Virus record (IMG/VR): IMGVR_UViG_3300038427_000461
DNA from: an uncultured virus (IMG/VR IMGVR_UViG_3300038427_000461)
Taxonomy: Duplodnaviria > Heunggongvirae > Uroviricota > Caudoviricetes
Length of the DNA: 64,000 nt
Direction: 5' to 3' (one strand)
Under the pieces are notes generated by a model. The model was not told the DNA's origin. It saw only the letters and a program-made list of their open reading frames with translations, and made no database searches. Positions 9,107 through 17,508 of this stretch are shown here, in pieces; position 1 is the stretch's first letter, and each line of letters starts with the position of its first letter. The position numbers and the translations under genes are program-made.

Positions 9107-9516
9107 GCGGCTTCTCCTACCTCCTCTCCGACGGTCGACTCGCGCAGGGCAGCGCCCCGCCTCCGGGCATCCGCCTGCCGTTCGACGTCATCGTGCTCGC
9201 GGCCGAGGAGTACCAGCACCCCCGCTTGCCCGGCTACGAGGTCCTGCGCGTGCCGCTCGACGACAGCGGGCCGCCGCCGTCGGTGGCCGACCGCGCGCTC
9301 ATCCGCGAGAGCGCGCGCCGGATCGCGCGCCGGGTGCGCGCGGGCAAGAGAGTTCTCGTCACGTGCTGGCAGGGCCGCAACCGTTCCGGCGTCCTCGCGG
9401 GACTCGCGCTCGTCGAGCTGGGGGTGCCGCGGAATCAGGCGGTTCGACGCATCCAGCAACTGCGGGACGGCCTGACGAACGCGTACTTCCGCGCGATGGT
9501 CCGGGGGACACTCTGA
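9103..9516 (+). CDS. Dual-specificity / tyrosine phosphatase family protein
   Basis: CX5R P-loop VLVTCWQGRNRSG and upstream PLDD acid loop. Confidence 0.85.
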   Translation: MSGFSYLLSDGRLAQGSAPPPGIRLPFDVIVLAAEEYQHPRLPGYEVLRVPLDDSGPPPSVADRALIRESARRIARRVRAGKRVLVTCWQGRNRSGVLAGLALVELGVPRNQAVRRIQQLRDGLTNAYFRAMVRGTL

Positions 9517-9609
9517 ACCCCCTCCGGCTGCTCGCCTGGCTGCTCGTCCTCGTCGCGGAGTGCTGAGCGACTTGACCGACACCTCTTGTGCGACTACATT
9601 TTCAGGACC

Positions 9610-9819
9610 ATGCGGCTCACCGTCACGATCGATCGAGAAGAGGACGGCCGGTACATCGGCGAGGTCACCGAGCTGTCCGGTTGCCTCGTCTACGGAGCGA
9701 CCCGAGCCGAGGCAGACGCGCGCGCCCGCGCGCTCGCTCTCCACATCCTGGCGGACGAGGTGGAGTACGGCGAGCGGAGCGCGCGGTCCGTCTCGGACCT
9801 GTACTTCGAGGCGGCGTGA
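9610..9819 (+). CDS. hicB: HicB family antitoxin
   Basis: REEDGRYIGEVTELSGCLVYGATRAEA; promoter TTGACC-17-TACATT upstream. Confidence 0.88.
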   Translation: MRLTVTIDREEDGRYIGEVTELSGCLVYGATRAEADARARALALHILADEVEYGERSARSVSDLYFEAA

Positions 9820-10028
9820 GCCACTGGGCGGCCACGCGCGCGCCGCGCGTGCTCGCAGCGCTCTTGCATATCGGCTGGGTCGTCACCAGGCAGCGGGGAT
9901 CGCACCGACGACTGGAGCGGGATGGCTGGGCCCCTACGAGCTTCTCGTTCCACGACAAGGAAGAGATCGGCCCGAAGATGCTGGCGAAGATCGCCAAGGA
10001 GACCGGACTCAAGCCGGAGGATCTCTGA
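9816..10028 (+). CDS. hicA: HicA family mRNA interferase toxin
   Basis: LLHIGW...RQRGSHRRL, FHDKEEIGPKMLAKIAK.TGL. Confidence 0.9.
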   Translation: MSHWAATRAPRVLAALLHIGWVVTRQRGSHRRLERDGWAPTSFSFHDKEEIGPKMLAKIAKETGLKPEDL

Positions 10029-10231
10029 TGGCTGCGCCGCGATCGATGTCCCTGCGCGAGGCCAAGGCGCGCCTGAGCGAAGCGGTCGACGCGGCGCAGG
10101 GGGCGTTCGTGCTGATCACCCGGCACGGTCGACCGGCGGCCGTCCTGCTGGGGGTCGAGGGGCGCGACGTCCTCGACGTGATGAGGGAGTTCGAGAAGCC
10201 GCCGAAGCCCCGCCGTCGCAGAGCCGCCTGA
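10028..10231 (+). CDS. Phd/YefM family antitoxin (orphan)
   Basis: SLREAKARLSEAVD......VLITRHGRPAAVL; no cognate toxin downstream. Confidence 0.85.
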   Translation: MAAPRSMSLREAKARLSEAVDAAQGAFVLITRHGRPAAVLLGVEGRDVLDVMREFEKPPKPRRRRAA

Positions 10232-10257
10232 CAAGATCTCGCGCGGCCCCAAATGAA

Positions 10258-10295
10258 CGAGACCCCGCCCGGCCGCTCGGCCGGACGGGGTCTCG
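10258..10295. terminator. Strong GC hairpin between convergent genes
   Basis: cgagaccccg...cggggtctcg with inner ccg pairing. Confidence 0.6.
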
Positions 10296-10323
10296 TGGAT
10301 GCCCTGACCTCTACTTCATGGCG

Positions 10324-10560
10324 CTACCCTCGTGGCGCTCGGCCACTATGACTTTCAAGCTCGGAGCCTACCGCGCCTTCCGCGTCCAGGGCAACCAACC
10401 GCTCACCGAGAGCTGCCTCTGCGCGCTGTTCACGCCGCTCTGCGCGCTCCACGTTCCGCCTGTGCCAATCGACGCGGATCGCTGGGTTGCAGAAGCTGCA
10501 AGACGGTCCGCACGGGTAGCGTCGAAATTTCCCGCGCCTTGAGTTTCGAGAACGGCTCAT
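10324..10560 (-). CDS. Small basic protein with C-x3-C-x2-C motif
   Basis: AGGAGG RBS upstream; CGPSCSFC. Confidence 0.55.
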   Translation of the reverse strand: MSRSRNSRRGKFRRYPCGPSCSFCNPAIRVDWHRRNVERAERREQRAEAALGERLVALDAEGAVGSELESHSGRAPRG

Positions 10561-10633
10561 TGTAGTGACCTCCTAGTGGCACTACAGGTGGTCATCCTCC
10601 TTTGCGCGGCTGCTCATGGGCGTACCGTAGCAC

Positions 10634-11020
10634 TCAAGGAGCCCCCATAGTCCACCGCTCGCCCGGCGGCACGCCGACGACCACCGGCGTCTCGTGCCAG
10701 AGGCTCGGCTCGCGCGAGCCGTCCGGTCGCTCGGCGCCCACGACGTCGACCGACGGCGACACCTGCCAGTCGCGCTCCGCGGTGCGCGTGAGGCCCCACG
10801 TCCGCCGGCCGCTCGGACCGGTCTCGAGGTACGGGCCGTTCGGGTTCACCGGCACGCCCACGTAGAACGGCTCGCCGGTGTCCGCGCGACGCACCCAGGT
10901 CCAGAGCTGCCACCACGCGCGGCCCTCCCCGTCGCGGGCACCGCGGACCGTGCACTCGCCGAGCGCGAGGTCGCCGATCCGGTCCACGGGGCGGTAGACG
11001 AGGACGCTCACGCTTGTCAC
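10634..11020 (-). CDS. Hypothetical protein, weak DUF6527-like resemblance
   Basis: CAGGAG RBS then GTG; W.L......W.VSPSV....WH pattern. Confidence 0.4.
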   Translation of the reverse strand: MTSVSVLVYRPVDRIGDLALGECTVRGARDGEGRAWWQLWTWVRRADTGEPFYVGVPVNPNGPYLETGPSGRRTWGLTRTAERDWQVSPSVDVVGAERPDGSREPSLWHETPVVVGVPPGERWTMGAP

Positions 11021-11071
11021 CAGCTCCTGGAGGTGTAGCCTAGAGCCTCCTCCTGCTTTCCTGGTGCAGGG

Positions 11072-11107
11072 CCGAGGCCGCCTGTCATGGGGCGGCTTCG
11101 GTTTTTT
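11072..11107 (+). terminator. Intrinsic terminator immediately upstream of the acidic array
   Basis: ccgaggccgcc-loop-ggcggcttcgg followed by a T-run. Confidence 0.75.
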
Positions 11108-11170
11108 GTGGCCCTTGCGCGGCGCCCCGGGGGGTGCGATGCTGGCCTCGACAAGATAAGGAGACGTCGA

Positions 11171-11569
11171 ATGGCCACCCGCAATCGGGTCGTCGAGGTC
11201 GCGCGCAAACGTCCTGCACCGGAGGTGCAAGAGATCCGCGTGCGCGTCATGCCCGACGAGGACCCGGACACGTCGTTCCTGGACCAGGACGAGTTCGCAG
11301 ACCGCAAGGAGGCGTACGACCGCGGGGACTTCGCCTTCGTCGGTGTGCGCGCGGAGGCCGACGTGGTCATCGAGGGCCTCGTCCAGACGCTCACGAGCGG
11401 GGGGCTCTACGGCATCGAGAGCGACTCGGACGAGGCGTACGTCGAGGACGTGGCCCTCGAAGAGTACGACGCCCTGCGCGACGTCCTGAAGGCGGTCGGG
11501 GTGTCGACGGCGCAGGTGCCGGTGGGCACGCGCGAGACGATCAAGCCGCTCATCAAGTGGGAGGTGTGA
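11171..11569 (+). CDS. Acidic phage protein (array gene 1)
   Basis: AAGGAG RBS; D/E rich; GGLYGIESDSD motif. Confidence 0.75.
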   Translation: MATRNRVVEVARKRPAPEVQEIRVRVMPDEDPDTSFLDQDEFADRKEAYDRGDFAFVGVRAEADVVIEGLVQTLTSGGLYGIESDSDEAYVEDVALEEYDALRDVLKAVGVSTAQVPVGTRETIKPLIKWEV

Positions 11570-11570
11570 G

Positions 11571-12137
11571 GTGGCAATCGAGCAGGATACCGAGAACAGC
11601 AGCATCTTCATCGACACCGAGCCGGTGGCAGCGCCCGAACCAGAAGACGAGGGGGTGCACGTCTACGCATACGCGCGCTTCCGGTCGCTGGAGCACGTCG
11701 CCTACGGCCTCTATCGCACGACCGGCGGCCCGAGGGACGAGGAGATCGACTCCGAAGCGGTCGGCCAGTACGGCATGGAGCCGCTCGCGCCGTACTGGGA
11801 GTTCAAGGACGCGCTGAAAGAAGTCCGGGGCGACTCCAAGTTCGCGTTCGAGGAAGTGCCGTACGTCGAGGTCGCATCAGAAGACGACTACGACGAAGCG
11901 GTGGACGCGATCGACCCCGACTTCGTCGACAGCGGAGAGCCCACCGGCTGGGAGAAGCCCGGCCTCTACGACTTCCGCGACAGCCCGCCGTCGTTCCAGG
12001 GCTCGGTCGAGGACTACGAGCTGGACGAGATGAAGCGCGCGGCCGACGACGCCATCGAGTTCATGTTCCAGGGTGACGAGTGGGAAGACGCGTTCACGTC
12101 GCTGGCTCACTCGGTCGCTGCACCGGAGGAGGACTGA
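11571..12137 (+). CDS. Highly acidic protein (array gene 2)
   Basis: GGAGG RBS; very D/E rich. Confidence 0.75.
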   Translation: MAIEQDTENSSIFIDTEPVAAPEPEDEGVHVYAYARFRSLEHVAYGLYRTTGGPRDEEIDSEAVGQYGMEPLAPYWEFKDALKEVRGDSKFAFEEVPYVEVASEDDYDEAVDAIDPDFVDSGEPTGWEKPGLYDFRDSPPSFQGSVEDYELDEMKRAADDAIEFMFQGDEWEDAFTSLAHSVAAPEED

Positions 12138-12140
12138 GCC

Positions 12141-12827
12141 ATGCCCCGCAAGAAGAAGCTCGAGGTCGACTTCACCGACGAGGACTCGGTGCTCGCCGAG
12201 ATGGCCGGAGCGCTCGACATCGACCCCGACGAGCTGAAGATCAAGGACGACCGGTCCGGCTTCTCCGTCCAGGCGTACGAGGTCACCACCCGCGGCGGGC
12301 GCAAGGAGTGGAGGGTCGTCGAGAACGAGGACGCCGAGCGCGAGCTGGCCCTCGAGATTGTCAAGCAGGACCTCGACGACCAGCCGGAAATGTTCGAGCA
12401 GTCGTTCATCGAGTCGCACATCAACATCGACCGGCTGCGTCGAGACCTCGAGAGCGACGTGCAGTACGGCAACGAGGAGCGGCTGCGCGACGAGCGCCCC
12501 GACGACTTCTGGAAGGAGTACGAACGCGAGGGGTTCGACGCGCCGGAAGAGGACGAGGACGGCAATCGACGCGATCCCGAGGACTCGGAGATCGAGGAAC
12601 TCGCCAGCAGCCAGACTGAGAGCGAACTCGAGGACCCGATGCAGTACCTCGAAGACATCTACGGCAAGGAGGACGCCGTCAAGAAGGCAATCGAGATCGC
12701 CGGATTCGACATCGACGCCGCCGCCGAGGAGGCCGTCGACACGGACGGTGCGTCGCACTTCCTCTCGTCGTACGACGGCAACTCGTACACGACCGACGGG
12801 GGCCTCGTGTACTGGAGGGTGAACTGA
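12141..12827 (+). CDS. Highly acidic protein (array gene 3), DNA-mimic-like composition
   Basis: D/E-rich helices; DGASHFLSSYDG C-terminal motif. Confidence 0.75.
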   Translation: MPRKKKLEVDFTDEDSVLAEMAGALDIDPDELKIKDDRSGFSVQAYEVTTRGGRKEWRVVENEDAERELALEIVKQDLDDQPEMFEQSFIESHINIDRLRRDLESDVQYGNEERLRDERPDDFWKEYEREGFDAPEEDEDGNRRDPEDSEIEELASSQTESELEDPMQYLEDIYGKEDAVKKAIEIAGFDIDAAAEEAVDTDGASHFLSSYDGNSYTTDGGLVYWRVN

Positions 12828-13876
12828 TGGCTTCCCGACGCAGGCAACAGCACCTCCCCGGCATCGAGCCGGGTGACGAGCCGCTCGAGGTCGTCATCCC
12901 GACGATGGAGTGGCAGCAGATCGGCGGGGACATGAGCCCCGAGACGTACGGCGGGACCATCGCCACCGCCGACGGGAACTCCATCGAGCTGATCCGGATC
13001 GACCCGGTGCGCGAGGCCATCGGCGACAGGGAGGCGGCCGAGGTGGGCTTCCCGTTCTGGACGAAGGAGGCGTACTTCGACCTCGCCGACCTCGACCCGA
13101 GCAGCGAAGAGGTCAAGAGCGCCATGCAGACCGTCGGCCTGGAACGGGAGGCGCTCGAGGAGATGGAGCCCACCCAGCGCGCGGTCGCCATCGCGGAGGC
13201 GCTGCTCGACTACGGACGCGGTGACCCGGGCCCCTCCGGGTGGTCGACGGACATCAACATCCCCGAGAAGGTGAAGTGGTGGGGCGACAAGGTCGCCGGG
13301 GCTGAGTACCTCGCGGGCGAGGACGAGGCGTTCCGGGACGACGTGCTCGGCTACGGCGAGATCAAGACGGCGCTCGAGGAGACGATCGAGCGGATGGTCG
13401 ACGAGAGCGCGGCCGAGGGCTGGGGGACGCCGGGCGACCAGCTCGTGAGTGACCTGGAAGACGAGGGGTTCGACCCCGAGTCGATCGTCGTCGAGGCCAA
13501 CTTCGGCGACGCGGTGACGGTCAACGGGGACGTGCTCGTCGGACCCGGCTGGGCGGGCACCCTCGGCGTGAAGTCCACCGACCTCTGGAGCGAGGTCGGC
13601 ACCGACAAGCTCACCGACTGGCTCGACGCGAACGGCTACGAGTACCTCGACAAGTCGGGCGGCCGCGTGCCGACGACCGAGGGCTACGCGCACGCCGAGC
13701 ACGTCATCGACGCGGTCGCGGAGGAACTCGGCCGCGACCGCGAGGACGTCGAGAAAGCGGCCGAGTCGATCGACGGGTGGCAGGAGGAGATCCCCGGCTC
13801 GTCGTCCGGCATGACGTACGTGTGGGCGAAGAAGAAGGCCGGCGTCGAAGAGCGCCGGCACACGAGGAGACGCTGA
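12827..13876 (+). CDS. Acidic multidomain protein (array gene 4)
   Basis: TGATG coupling; ends VEERRHTRRR. Confidence 0.75.
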   Translation: MASRRRQQHLPGIEPGDEPLEVVIPTMEWQQIGGDMSPETYGGTIATADGNSIELIRIDPVREAIGDREAAEVGFPFWTKEAYFDLADLDPSSEEVKSAMQTVGLEREALEEMEPTQRAVAIAEALLDYGRGDPGPSGWSTDINIPEKVKWWGDKVAGAEYLAGEDEAFRDDVLGYGEIKTALEETIERMVDESAAEGWGTPGDQLVSDLEDEGFDPESIVVEANFGDAVTVNGDVLVGPGWAGTLGVKSTDLWSEVGTDKLTDWLDANGYEYLDKSGGRVPTTEGYAHAEHVIDAVAEELGRDREDVEKAAESIDGWQEEIPGSSSGMTYVWAKKKAGVEERRHTRRR

Positions 13877-14352
13877 TGCCGCGCAAAGCAATCACGGACA
13901 TGATCGGGGAGCTGCGCTCGTGGCTCCCGAACTACGACCACGGGCCGGAAGACTTCCCGACGCTCTTCTGGCGCGTCCTGGCGAGCCTCCCCGGCGGCGA
14001 CGAGGCGGCCGACATGGGCTACGAGGCGTTCAATCTCGGCTGGAAGGAAGCCGAGCTGCTGGGGGACACCCTGAACGCCATCCAGGACGCGAGCGACGTC
14101 CAGGACCTCATCGCGGGCCTCCTCCGCGACGAGGAGGAGGTCGAGGAGCGGCGCCGGCGACGACCCGTGCAGGAGGTGCGGCGCAACCCGATGGCGCGGG
14201 CGCCAGCGCGGCCGATCAAGCTCGACTGGGGCGTGCTCCCCGACGAGCGGGGCAACCCGCCCGCCGGCGCGAGGCGACGTCCCGCGCCCCCGCCCCCTCG
14301 CGCACCGAGACGGGCTCCACCCCCTCCCCCCCGCAGCCGACGGGGGCGATGA
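13876..14352 (+). CDS. Acidic domain plus Arg/Pro tail (array gene 5)
   Basis: TGATG coupling; EEVEERRRRR then Pro/Arg-rich tail. Confidence 0.7.
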   Translation: MPRKAITDMIGELRSWLPNYDHGPEDFPTLFWRVLASLPGGDEAADMGYEAFNLGWKEAELLGDTLNAIQDASDVQDLIAGLLRDEEEVEERRRRRPVQEVRRNPMARAPARPIKLDWGVLPDERGNPPAGARRRPAPPPPRAPRRAPPPPPRSRRGR

Positions 14353-15428
14353 TGGCCCGCAAACCGGACGAGGCAGACGCCGGGTTCGCGATCGGCGTCT
14401 ACGACCAGGGGATGATCGAGTCGAACGCGGACGTACAGTTCGGTCTCGGCCGACACGTCGACCCCCGAGACCGCGCGTGGGCCGAAGAAGAAGGGCTCTT
14501 CAACAACGACAGCGGCACCAAGGAGGGGACCATCACTGCCAAGGGATGGGACCTCCTGAACGACGACATCGCGAAGATCGAGAAGAACGCGATGGCGTGG
14601 ATGAAGCGCAAGTTCCTCGACGCGCGCGACGAGGGGCATGGCGGTCACGGCGGCGAAGAGCTGATCGGCACTTTCTGGTTCGACCCGCGCAATGCGGACC
14701 AGGCGCAGCTCGTCGACCTCGCCGCCGACACCGGCCGCCAGGAGCGCATCGACTTCGTGGACACGAGCTTCGGCGACTTCGGCGACACGGCCTTCGACGG
14801 CGTGAGTAAGTTCGGTGGGCTCATCCTGGGCGGCGGGATCACGTTCTTCGACGTGAAGCCCGAGGACATGGAGGTCGTCGAGGACACGCTCTGGCGCGCC
14901 AGCCACGGCGGGCGGCCGCTAGAGCGGGGGCAGCGGGCGCAGGAAGCGTCGCGTCGTCCCCGTGGCGGCTGGTGGGTCCACTGGAACAACCAGACGGAGA
15001 ACGGTCCCTTCGACTCCCGGTCCGAGGCGAAGACGTACGCCGACTACTGGCGCGGACAGAGCCGCGGGAAGCTGACGTTCAAGATCGACCAAGTCCCCGG
15101 ACATGACGAGCGGAGCGGGCCTCGACCGGCAACGGTGTCGGCGCCATCCGCTCGACAGAGCGACTGGGAGGTCGTCGTCGGCAACATCGGATCCGTCTAC
15201 CGAGGGGGGAGAAGCGACGAGGCGGTCTCCACCTACCGGGAGTACGTCAAACAGAGCCAGAGCGGACGGGGACGTGCGGGCGGCGAACCGGTCACGCTCT
15301 TCCGGGACGGCGAGATCTACCGCGAACACATGGGGAGCAACGAAGGCGTCGAGGAGCGTCGCCCCCGCCGCCCACCACCCCCACGACCGACGTCGCGACG
15401 CCGACCGCCGCCGGCGAGGAGACGCTGA
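14349..15428 (+). CDS. Polyvalent multidomain protein (array gene 6)
   Basis: ATGA coupling; includes WEVVVGNIGSVY...GRAGGEPVTLFRDGEI domain and a GPF..R.EA domain. Confidence 0.75.
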   Translation: MMARKPDEADAGFAIGVYDQGMIESNADVQFGLGRHVDPRDRAWAEEEGLFNNDSGTKEGTITAKGWDLLNDDIAKIEKNAMAWMKRKFLDARDEGHGGHGGEELIGTFWFDPRNADQAQLVDLAADTGRQERIDFVDTSFGDFGDTAFDGVSKFGGLILGGGITFFDVKPEDMEVVEDTLWRASHGGRPLERGQRAQEASRRPRGGWWVHWNNQTENGPFDSRSEAKTYADYWRGQSRGKLTFKIDQVPGHDERSGPRPATVSAPSARQSDWEVVVGNIGSVYRGGRSDEAVSTYREYVKQSQSGRGRAGGEPVTLFRDGEIYREHMGSNEGVEERRPRRPPPPRPTSRRRPPPARRR

Positions 15429-16414
15429 TGCCCCGCCAACGACTCGACGCGTTCACCCAGGCGTACATCGGGGCCATGCTCTGGGCCGAGACCGACAACA
15501 GCGACGACCAGGGTGGCGACCCCCTCGACAAGAACTACGGCCCCGAAGACATCGATCCCGAGACGATGGAACTGATCGTCGAGGACTGCGCTGACTTCCA
15601 GAATCGCTACGCCGACCTGCTCAGCGACAGCGGGATCGAGGACGAACAAGCCGGACACGACTTCTGGTTGAGCAGGGGCGGTCACGGAAGCGGCTTCTTC
15701 GATGAAGACTCCATCGACGAGGAGTTCCAGGATCCCCTACAGGAGGCCGCCGAGTCGTACGGCGAGTTCGATCTGACCGTCGATGACGGCGTCATCTACG
15801 GGCCCGGAGCCGACTGGTACCGCAAGCACCACCCTCGCGGCGACGTCAGTGAGGCTCGCCGCCCGGCGTTCCGCCCAGCCACGAGAGCCCGCGAGCCGAA
15901 GTACCGACCGCCGCACGTCCGTCCCGGACCCACCCCACGCGACATGCCGACCGAGAACATCGGCTGGCGCGAGATCCCACCGGGCTCGAAGGTCGAGCTG
16001 GTCGGCCACTCCTACGTCGTGACGCTGCCCGACGGCACGCGAGCGAGCGCGTACTGGATGGGTAACGATGCGGCGGAGGCGCAGCGGAAGCTGAACAGCA
16101 TGGTGCGGACCGGCCAGTCCCCGAGACGGTCAAACCGACCATCGGTGCGAGAAGCGCAGGGATTGCGGAGCTTGCAATTTCACATCCCACCGATCAACCG
16201 GAACCAGACCATAGAGGTCGCGTATGCTCTCACCCCGGAGGGTCTAATCGAGCGCACGTTCGACCAGTCCGATCGCTCGACTTCGTACCGCATCCACGAC
16301 TGGACACGAGCGCTCGAAGGTTTCAACGACCCGTGGAACAGACCACCACCGAAGATGAGCGGGTGGAAAGACATCTCCGCGAAGAATCTCGATGCCCTCG
16401 TGAAAGGACAGTGA
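15428..16414 (+). CDS. Polyvalent multidomain protein (array gene 7)
   Basis: N-terminal AGHDFWLSRGGHGSGFFD domain, then VSEARR and VREAQ linkers. Confidence 0.75.
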   Translation: MPRQRLDAFTQAYIGAMLWAETDNSDDQGGDPLDKNYGPEDIDPETMELIVEDCADFQNRYADLLSDSGIEDEQAGHDFWLSRGGHGSGFFDEDSIDEEFQDPLQEAAESYGEFDLTVDDGVIYGPGADWYRKHHPRGDVSEARRPAFRPATRAREPKYRPPHVRPGPTPRDMPTENIGWREIPPGSKVELVGHSYVVTLPDGTRASAYWMGNDAAEAQRKLNSMVRTGQSPRRSNRPSVREAQGLRSLQFHIPPINRNQTIEVAYALTPEGLIERTFDQSDRSTSYRIHDWTRALEGFNDPWNRPPPKMSGWKDISAKNLDALVKGQ

Positions 16415-17508
16415 CGATGCGATCCCGCTCCCGCCGCCTGCGCGCCACTCGCCGCGTCGTCGCCGACTTCAACACGCTCCCCGAGCTGATCGAGCACGCC
16501 AAGACGGTCGACGGCGCCAGCCACATCCTCATCCTCGGCACGCAGGTGAAGCTCTACTTCCCGCTCGACAACGGGCGGTACGACGTGGGCACGGTCTGGC
16601 AGGAGCACGGCTACTGGCACGCCCCGGCGAAGTCAGCCCGCACCGTCGTGACCCGCCTGCCCGCCGGCGCCGAACCGATCGGGTCGCACACCCAGCGGGT
16701 CGGGCGACGGGCGGGCGAGGCGCGCCGACGCCGCGAGCCCACGGGCCCCAGCATCACCGGCGCGATGCAGCTCGCCGACGAGCTGTCGCAGGAGCTGCAC
16801 GGCTCCAAACCGAAGGAGCTTCCAGGCGGCTTCCGCTGGAGTGAGCACAACGAGGCGGCGCAGTTCACGACCCATAGCCCCGAGTACAGCGCGAAGGTCG
16901 TCGTCGTCGTCTCGATCTTCGAGGACGCCACGGTCGCCGTCGACTTCTTCTCCGACGAGTACCTGTCCGAGACCCAGCGGTACGAGAACATCGCGCACTT
17001 CCTGTACGAGACCACCTCCGACCTCCCGGAGATGCTCAAGGACATCCAGTGGGTGTGGGAGACGGTCGACGGGTACGCGGAGAGCTGGCAGGAGGACGGG
17101 GGCGAAGAGGTGGACGAGGCTCGCAAAAGTAAAGCGAGTCGAACTCCTGCCGCCGGCGACATAACCGACGACACGTCGATCGTCCCCGAGGCCGTGGCAG
17201 ACAGCGTGCTCGATGAGGTGCAGCGATACCTCGGACAGGAGATCCCAAACTCGCGAGACCTCTCGAACTCGTTGGCCGACGATGCACGCAGGATCTACGC
17301 GAACTCGACTCACTACCAAAAGAAGCTTCGCTCGAAGGATGGCCTAGATTGGGCCTACAGTTTCATGCGGCACTGGGTCGCTTCGAGGCTCCAGAAGGAA
17401 TACCCGAACCTGTACGCTCGTCTGCCACGATCATTCGCCAATGGGGAGCCGCTCCCCGAAGCGAGAGCGACCGTTCAGGCGCGCCGACGCACCAGGAGCG
17501 GTCGATGA
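16411..17508 (+). CDS. Polyvalent multidomain protein (array gene 8)
   Basis: GTGA coupling; linkers AGEARRRR, VDEARK, LPEAR. Confidence 0.75.
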   Translation: MTMRSRSRRLRATRRVVADFNTLPELIEHAKTVDGASHILILGTQVKLYFPLDNGRYDVGTVWQEHGYWHAPAKSARTVVTRLPAGAEPIGSHTQRVGRRAGEARRRREPTGPSITGAMQLADELSQELHGSKPKELPGGFRWSEHNEAAQFTTHSPEYSAKVVVVVSIFEDATVAVDFFSDEYLSETQRYENIAHFLYETTSDLPEMLKDIQWVWETVDGYAESWQEDGGEEVDEARKSKASRTPAAGDITDDTSIVPEAVADSVLDEVQRYLGQEIPNSRDLSNSLADDARRIYANSTHYQKKLRSKDGLDWAYSFMRHWVASRLQKEYPNLYARLPRSFANGEPLPEARATVQARRRTRSGR

